Below, one piece after another: positions 60,468-64,000 of a stretch of 64,000 bases of DNA. A program made the position numbers and the translations under genes. Location of the stretch: the NCBI GenBank assembly GCA_034780895.1, contig JAUZTB010000066.1, forward strand, positions 22,604,242 through 22,668,241, in the 5' to 3' direction. Positions within the stretch are counted from its first letter, which is position 1. Each line of letters opens with the position of its first letter. This DNA is from Rhynchobatus australiae. Taxonomy: Eukaryota. The notes below the pieces were generated by a model that was not told where the DNA came from, made no database searches, and was given only the letters and a program-made list of their open reading frames with translations.

Positions 60468-60689
60468 AATTTTCCCCTAGTCCATCCATGCAACAGCAAG
60501 ATCAAGCTTAGGTATTTCCTTCAGTGTGTAGTACTTTATAACTGGCTGTTGAACTTCTGATTGACCTAGTATCAAATTCTGTGGGATTTCAAAACATTGT
60601 CTTCTCAAATTTTGTGCTAACCTGTAAATACAATGACCCTCCACTAAAACTGTACTTCAGGTCATATGTTGAAAAAATACCACTCACCA

Positions 60690-62110
60690 AACCGTTGCGT
60701 GCCATTGCAGCAAGATTCAGGACCTGCCTGAGGCCCCAGACTTTCCCACAGAACGTGTGAAGGAATAGGCTGTGTCTGGGGGGATTGTAGTTAGATGAGA
60801 GAGGGATGGCTGCCTGAGAACTGTTTGAAAATTATGAAAGGGTCAACCATCAGGAATTCGGAGGGGTACAGATGAAGCCTGGCAACCACGTCAGGAGATG
60901 GTGTGATTGTTTGGGGGGATAAGTTGGTATCCTTGGAGTGGGATGACGCTACGTAAGAATCTAGTCAAGACCAACACATTGAAAACATGGAGACCAATGA
61001 CAGTCNNNNNNNNNNNNNNNNNNNNNNNNNNNNNNNNNNNNCGTTGCTGTGTAATAAAATGCACATGGCCTTCAGAATGGAGGTCATGATCTCCTGTGAG
61101 AGCATGGAGATGGAATTCTCCATGACCTCCCATGTTTGCAAGGCAGGCCTGAGAATACACTCATGATCTCATGGTGCATTTACTTTGACATCCCATTCGT
61201 GGTCCTCATCTGGGTCCTCTGGGGAACTATGGATGCATGGGTTCATCCTGTGGTAAGTCCCCCAGCTTCCCTTTAGCTGGTGCCACACTGCAGCCTGGTG
61301 GTGCCTTATGTTTCTCCCTGTGACATGTGTCCCTCTAACTTGTTCTGCTCATCCCTTCTGGTGACAGGCTCTGAAGTGGTGCTGTGGGCTATCAGCTGCA
61401 ATGATGCACTTTGATCATCATCACTGTGTTCCAGTGAGGGGGATGGGGGGGGGCACCTTTCCAAAAACCCTGCAAAGATAAAACAGTTGATGGCTTTGTC
61501 CAAAACACCTTTAAGGTGACACAGCAGAACAAACAAAATGAGGAGGTCTGCTGTTGATCAAATCAGAGGCGATGTAGGAATCACAATGAAATGGTGTTTG
61601 AGCTTACCTGGCAGATTCTGCGGAATCTTCTCCACAAGCTGACTGAGGCACTGGACTTCAAGGGATCCTTCCTGTTCCTTATTGTTTTAGTCTAAATGGA
61701 GGTGATAAAAACCATGGAGTAGCCTTTTCATTAACCTATCTTTGGAGGTGGGGAGATAGGCATTCAATGGCAGGACTAGGATGGAGGGTGGTATGTTCTG
61801 GGGTTTGGATGGAGTGACTGCATTGAAGTGTGTGGACATCTCCAGCTACATGCTACAGCTGGTGTCCCTGGCAGTTCTTCTAGCCTCCTGGCATATACAG
61901 GAACTTCATCATTCACCCTGAAACTGAGAGCTCTCTGCCTGTGCCTGGCAACCTCTACTTCCTCCATGACAGCCGAGATGCCTGTGGTGCCCTGGATAGT
62001 CTGTCTTTAAAGGCCGACACCCCTCTCTGAATGCTGCATGGCAAAGTGACAGCAGCTGTGCTGAGTACAATGTAATCCCATCAGAGGCCACACATCTCAA
62101 TTTAGCACAT
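60690..62110 (-). mobile_element. Probable highly degraded Harbinger-derived element (Myb/SANT gene side)
   Basis: Minus strand 61967-61790, with frameshifts: ME...RQRALSF / FLYMPGG*K / *LEMSTHFNAVT..PRT, resembling R.RAPRF..LFP.GG.K..W.E.A..VNAV..PRT. Boundaries inferred from the GC-richer block. Confidence 0.4.
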
Positions 62111-63774
62111 CCTTCTGGATATAAGCCACCCTTTCTCTGTTTCAAACATCTTTTTTACCAATGTTGTGATTTTTCTCTTGAGAGGAACCCAATTTGGCAT
62201 CATAGCTATGCAGAACTATGTCTTAGCACATCAAATGTAGGTGAAATCAACCTCTAAGTATAAGCTTCCCTGATTTTGGACTGGCAGAGTCTGTCCATTA
62301 TATATAATCTTCCTGAACTTGAGAATGGATGTTTTGCAATCTGTTGCCATTTCTCATTAAGTATCCTGGAGTATGGTTTATCAATTGCACGGGATTTACA
62401 GTTTACAGCTCTTCAGCATAGTTACAGGTTGTGCTTCAGTAATGACCATGTGCTGGGCATGGTCCATATTATAGTCTTACATTGTACACTCTTGTTGTCT
62501 TCTCCATTTAAAAATAAGGTCTCCAAGAACGAGTGACAGTTTGAGCCACTTTTAGCAAAAGAAGATGAAGTGGATTGGTTCAATTAAATTCACATTGATA
62601 ATTTTTCTCAAGGTTATCAAATTTGGAGAATGTCATTTAACAAATGCATTGAGGTTTTACTCTTTCTAGGATTTTTCATTCATTATAGTTGGGATTTTCA
62701 GTAGGCATGAAATTTAAGAAATATTTGGCATTTTTCATTGAAATATAGTGGGTACAGGAGACCATTTCTCAGTATGAGGATCCAGATAGCAGGAAAGACT
62801 TCCAGTGTTGCCATAACAACCATTACAATTGTCGTCCTTTTGATGACAATATATACTTGCAAAGACACAGTAACTGAGCAGTTATTCATTAAGTAGAGAC
62901 TGTGCAATGCACAAGCAAATGCTGAAACACCCTCTAAAAAGTACTTATTTCATTAGTTGTAATTATATTAGCTTAATTTTAGTCTGCTCTGCATCACTTG
63001 GGGAAAGCTTTCTGCTATGAATCCACAAAGCAATATCACCTCATTTAAGGGAATTAAAGTTAGGTGAAGTAATTGAATTCATTTAGTCGAATGAGTACAA
63101 CAAATTATTTGTAATTAAATATAGATAATTCTTTTGAAATGGGTTTTTATGGTGCAATATTCTTTATATTTTAGAGAGGATGGTTTTAAATCAAAACTAA
63201 TTCAAGACTGTCTTAACATATCAAGTTAGGTAGGTCTCTACAGAAACTGCTTTGCTGGTATTATTATTTCCTTCCTTTGGGAATGAACTAATAGGAATTG
63301 CATTTTGTGAAAATAAAAGCTAACATTATGGGTGGATGTTTCAAGGAACATTTTTCATAAGGGAGCCATTAATTGTATGTGTGGTAAGGGATATTGGGTA
63401 ACAACTATAGGCCTTTCAAAAGAATTGTATTTCCTATCAATATTAAAAGTAATTCCAGAACAAGTAACTGTGCTGCTATTGATCCCGGACCATATTACAT
63501 TCACCATTTATGCAGGAACCCATTATAAAAGCATTAAACAACTCTAGACAACTCTACATAACACACTGGACACTAGGTTTTTACATTGTCAATTTTTAAT
63601 AAGTTTCATGCCTCAGTAAATTATCTGAAGCCACAAATAAAGGATACAGACAGGCCATGTTTAATTTGGTTGTATTGCTATCTATTAGATTCCCAGCATA
63701 CTGAGACCCAGCTTATCTATCACTTCTAGTGTCAGTGATGCATGCAATGGCACAACACCTCCATTTGTATCTGC

Positions 63775-64000
63775 CTGATTTTAAAGGCATGACCTCAGGA
63801 TAACTCAAAATGCTTTCTTACCGATGAAGTACTTTGAAATGTGGTCACTATTTCGATGTAGAAAATTCAGCAGCTAATTTGTGCTTTGCTAAATCCCCAA
63901 AACAGCAATGGCATCTTGTCTGATCATCAGTATTGACTGAGGGATTATGTAGTGAGCAGTACACCACGGGAAAGGACAAATCTCCCACTTCCTTGAAAAT
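63775..64000 (-). mobile_element. DeuSINE-like SINE 3' half (runs off the window end)
   Basis: ggcatgacctcaggat..caaaatgcttt..ccgatgaagtactttgaaatgtggtcact..atgtagaaa..cagcagctaatttg..cccaaaacagcaatg..gactgaggga is the reverse complement of the SINE tail. Confidence 0.68.

Noticed and set aside
1-64000. CRISPR array, prokaryotic operon or defence system
   Set aside because: The sequence is vertebrate repeat-rich DNA with no regularly spaced repeat-spacer units and no gene-dense ORFs.

Overview
Eukaryotic, AT-rich, gapped draft sequence. The repeat content points to a cartilaginous fish (shark or ray): CR1 LINEs, V-SINE/HE1-like and DeuSINE/SacSINE1-like SINEs, a Tx1-like LINE, Penelope-like element (PLE) termini and Harbinger relics. 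I found no intact host protein-coding gene, tRNA, rRNA or CRISPR array, so the window reads as a large intron or gene desert. Every recognisable ORF is a decayed transposable-element fragment, and the long ORFs in the track are artefacts of N-runs. The most notable signal is a family of about 11 short PLE-derived termini carrying a type I hammerhead ribozyme core (CUGAUGA-stem II-GAAA-[C/U]GUC). Several are flanked by 12-15 bp target-site duplications and several are fold-back pairs. One copy is still joined to the C-terminus of a PLE GIY-YIG ORF. Other points are an internally deleted Harbinger with convergent transposase and Myb/SANT fragments, an LTR with 4-bp TSD that may hide a collapsed internal region, a CR1 fragment bracketed by ~90-bp inverted duplicates, and several repeat-free blocks rich in Hox/Pbx/Meis motifs that look like conserved enhancers. 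Family assignments come from recalled consensus motifs, not database searches, and most boundaries are approximate.
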